From: an uncultured delta proteobacterium
Lineage (GTDB): Bacteria > Desulfobacterota > WTBG01 > CAIYCZ01
Reading direction: 5' to 3'
Assembly: GCA_963803975.1 (NCBI GenBank)
Contig: CAWDOY010000032.1
Coordinates: forward strand, 1-21,614
DNA: 21,614 nucleotides
The notes beneath the pieces were generated by a model, which saw only the letters and a program-made list of their open reading frames with translations, searched no databases and was not told the origin of the DNA. This document shows positions 18,974 through 21,614 of the stretch, piece by piece. Numbering within the stretch: the stretch's first letter is position 1; every line of letters begins with the position of its first letter. Made by a program: the position numbers and the translations under genes.

Positions 18974-20696
18974 TTATTGTTCTTTCTCCACTGCTGTCAT
19001 GCCGTGCAATGTCCGCATCTTGTTCAGGGCATCGACCACCGGCTGCGGGAATGCGTCATACTCAGCCTTGCTGAAGGTCTGGCGGCCGGGAATATAAATA
19101 TTATTGGGATCAAACACCTGCCGGATCTTGCGGAACAGATGGTGCGCATTGGGGCCAACCTCAGGGAAGAACGAGGTGATGGGCTCGATGGACACGCCCA
19201 GGCCGTTAGCTCCCGCGCCGAACTTGTCGGCAATCACGTTCACCACGCCGGACAGCACCAGGGCCTGGCCCCGCTGCAGCAGCTCGGGCTTGGTCGCGTC
19301 AGGATACACGTCTGCCTCGGTCAGCCAGAAGCGGCCGCCCTTGTTCTGTGAATAGAGAAACGGCGTGTCATCAATGCCGCCGCGGTCGGTGATGTAGGTC
19401 TCACCGAAGGTGTCGAGGGCTTTCTTCCAGGTCTTGCGCGCTTCCCGTGCCGCCGTGTCAACCGGCCCGCCGAGGATGTTTGAGCCGGCGTAGAAGTGGC
19501 GGTTCATGCGGTAGCCGGTTACGTGGCGGATGCAGTCCACGTTCCAGGGCGCAAGGGCGTAAAGCACATCGGCCTTGTAGTCAGCGGAGAGAAACGTGCC
19601 GCCGGTTTCCTCGATTATCTCGCGCATCACTTTCTCTTCATAGGCAATCTGCTTCTCAGAGACCGTGCCGGCGATGATCACATAGCAGTTGTAGGGCGGG
19701 AAAAATTTATCATCGATGCGCTTCAGGGTCATATCCTGGGTCTGGGAGCAGTAGTAGGCATTGTAAATGCCGGTGGCATTGAGGCCGATGCCGATGTTGG
19801 CGTGGGCAATGGCGCGCAGCGCCTTTAACTCTGCTTCAAGGTCTTTAAATTCAGCCCAGAGGAGCTTGTGCCGGCGGGGAAATGCAGCGGTGTCATACTT
19901 TGGGCTCCCGGTAGCTCTGGATGCTCGGCCGTCCGGCGGGCGGCTCAGGCAAATCCTCTCCGCCGCACCAGGTGTGCAGCTTTACGTTCAGCTCGGTCAC
20001 GACCCCGGCGGTGCCGGCGCTGCCCCGGACCAGGGAGAGCAGGTCAGGGCCGGGCCCGTATTCCCAGAAGGTGTCAATGCCTGCCACGGTGTTTGAGCCG
20101 GTGACCAGGATGTCGCCGGTCGGCAGCACCACTTTGATGCTTACAATATTTCGCGACAAACAGCCGTACTTGTGGTCGGTCTGCCAGATGCCGGCAAAGG
20201 CGGTCTGGGAGGAGAGCTTGCACAGGGTTGTGGCCAGCGGGGTGCCGCCGTTCCACAGGCCGCACTTCATGGCTTCTGCCTGGAGCTGCGCGTAGTCGGT
20301 AAACGCCTCGATGCGCGCGGTCATGTTTTCTTCATCAATCTCAAGCACCCGGTTCATGCGGCTCACGTGGATGCAGATCGTGGGCTCGGGCGTGGTCGGG
20401 CCGTTAAAGGAGATCATGCCGTTGGTAAAGGGGATGGCAGGGACCTTATAGCGGTTGCAGACGCGCATGATGGCCTGCACTTCCTCGGTGCTGGCGGGCA
20501 GCACGATGCACCCCGGGATGTTGCTCGGGTCCTTGGCGTGTTTTTTAAGAGTGCCCGGCGCGTCAACCGAGAACCTGCTGTAGCACTCGACCACGGAGCG
20601 TTCTTCAGATATCCACTCTGGTCCCACAATGTCTTCCAGGGCGCGGTACGCTTCGCGGGAGATTTTTCCGGGTACGCATTTCTTGATTTCAGCCAT
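18974..20696 (-). CDS. Second FAD-binding oxidoreductase (VAO/PCMH superfamily), frameshift(s) near 19880-19900
   Basis: LEDIVGPEWIS, PGCIVLPASTEEVQAIMRVCN, RMNRVLEIDEEN, GPGPDLLSLVRGSAGTAGVVTE. After the shift, HKLLWAEFKDLEAE..SQTQD runs in frame into ORF 18974-19732, which ends IRQVFDPNNIYIPG. AAAGGAG RBS. Confidence 0.87.
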
Positions 20697-20762
20697 TACT
20701 GCTCCTTTCAGATGTTACGCACGCATTAGTTACCAAAGGGTCAAACGGAAAAGATTTATTGC

Positions 20763-20847
20763 TTGGCTGGTTCAGTTTGATTGGCTTGTGCAGTGTTTGG
20801 TTTTCAATTAAAAATAACCGGTACAACCAACGTCACCAATACCAAAG
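20763..20847. repeat. Degenerate 9-nt periodic inverted repeat in the 5' leader of the FAD operon
   Basis: Left ttggctggt/tcagtttga/ttggcttgt/gcagtgttt; right aaccggtac/aaccaacgt/caccaatac; T/G-rich arm followed by A/C-rich arm. Confidence 0.4.
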
Positions 20848-20869
20848 ATTCATTGAATTATTATCCCAT

Positions 20870-20898
20870 TTTTTACTGTACCTTGCAATTTATGTCAA
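20870..20898 (-). promoter_or_regulatory. Sigma70-type promoter for the FAD oxidoreductase operon
   Basis: Minus strand TTGACA (20898-20893), 17-bp spacer, TAAAAA (20875-20870). Confidence 0.55.
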
Positions 20899-21060
20899 GG
20901 AAATTTACCCTATTATCAAATTATTGCGTACGGGTTTTATTGAGGATTTCTGGTTTGCAATAGAAGAACAGGGGATACGATAGCCATAAGAGCTATTGGC
21001 TTGCGTATATTGAATATTGAAGCGCGGCCCCGGGAGGTGACGAACAATAAGAAGAGACTT

Positions 21061-21612
21061 TTATAGTATGATATTAACTCCAAGATCCTGCATTACTTTG
21101 CTTTTCAGGTGCTTTCCCCGTTCAGCCTCTATCGCCTGCCTTAATTTAAGTGAAGAAAGCTTTTCAATTTCTGTGAGCAGTTCCAGAATTGCGCTGTATT
21201 GTGCAGCGGTGATGGTAATGTTCTGGTTATGTGCAGTTCCTGCTTCTATTGCCGGCAGCAGCGCAACGAGCAGCTGCGCTGTTTTCACTGCAAGCAGGGG
21301 ATGGGTGCGCAACAGCTCAGTCAGTTCATCGCGGTTATTGTAATACGCGCTGATGAGCGATATACCGGCCTGCGTTTGCGCAAGCTTTTTGTCGCGGAAG
21401 TTTCGCAGTATTTGCAGGCCCTGCGCATGACCGTCCTGCAGCAGGTACTCTGCCGCGCACAAACGTTTAATTGACGTTGTGGTGGTGCTTGTCTGGGGCG
21501 TTGTGGTAGAGGTGGTGCCGCCCGGGACGCTGGTGGTAGAAATCGTTGTCACAGCAGCCGTGGTGGTTGTGGCCTGCGGCGGCATTGTCGAGGTTGTGGT
21601 GCTGCTTGCGCT
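21061..21612 (-). CDS. 3' part of a (probably secreted) protein: Ser/Thr-rich linker + CFI-box-CTERM-like C-terminal domain; 5' end outside window
   Basis: Frame is open to the window edge (SASSTTTSTMPPQATTTT..). After the linker: CAAEYLL...LQILRNFRDKKLAQTQAGISLISAYY..ELTELL, matching the C..a....LR.FRD..L....G..f...YY pattern. Confidence 0.75.
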   Translation of the reverse strand, partial: SASSTTTSTMPPQATTTTAAVTTISTTSVPGGTTSTTTPQTSTTTTSIKRLCAAEYLLQDGHAQGLQILRNFRDKKLAQTQAGISLISAYYNNRDELTELLRTHPLLAVKTAQLLVALLPAIEAGTAHNQNITITAAQYSAILELLTEIEKLSSLKLRQAIEAERGKHLKSKVMQDLGVNIIL

Positions 21613-21614
21613 GT

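Noticed and set aside
73..20696. Programmed ribosomal frameshifting, phase variation or mass pseudogenisation as the cause of split genes
   Set aside because: Breaks are scattered, not at slippery heptamers or long homopolymer/SSR tracts, and also hit ordinary enzymes whose motifs are intact. Sequencing indels are the simpler explanation.
20759..20983. Short plus-strand ORFs in the 20700-21060 intergenic region
   Set aside because: They overlap the predicted promoter and periodic repeat of the minus-strand operon, lack an RBS and show no protein-like features.

Overview
Bacterial genomic window with Desulfobacterota/deltaproteobacterial-style genes (taxonomy is an impression only). It carries many single-base indels, so most long genes are split across several ORFs in the track; I reconstructed them by reading across frames. 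Left part (1-6200): tail of a probable CCA/poly(A)-polymerase-family gene, an FAD-dependent oxidoreductase, a small Cys-rich DUF6485-like protein, argC, a membrane-anchored divergent ferrochelatase-like protein, an alpha/beta hydrolase and a degenerate CPBP/Abi membrane protein. Middle (6300-15300, visibly more AT-rich): a TetR regulator and three tandem signal-peptide-bearing beta-propeller proteins, each followed by its own terminator. These are a 7x FG-GAP protein, a 'GFG-repeat' propeller, and an alpha/beta-hydrolase fused to a paralogous propeller. All three end in the same ~110-aa C-terminal module (PTLIxLxxFxAxG..W.T.SE..NAGFNIYR..YYYKLEDVD.G...HGPxSA plus a short hydrophobic/Lys tail), reached through either a Cys-rich or a Thr-rich linker. 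Right part (15300-21614): an Isf-type flavoprotein, a GGR-like flavin oxidoreductase, two tandem VAO/PCMH-type FAD oxidoreductases, and the 3' end of a Thr-linker protein with a CFI-box-CTERM-like domain. The best candidate for an undescribed system is the shared C-terminal module as a secretion or surface-attachment tag, with a CPBP-family gene nearby. Intergenic hairpins built from 7-nt (and one 9-nt) periodic units are a second unexplained feature. No rRNA, tRNA, CRISPR array or transposase was seen.
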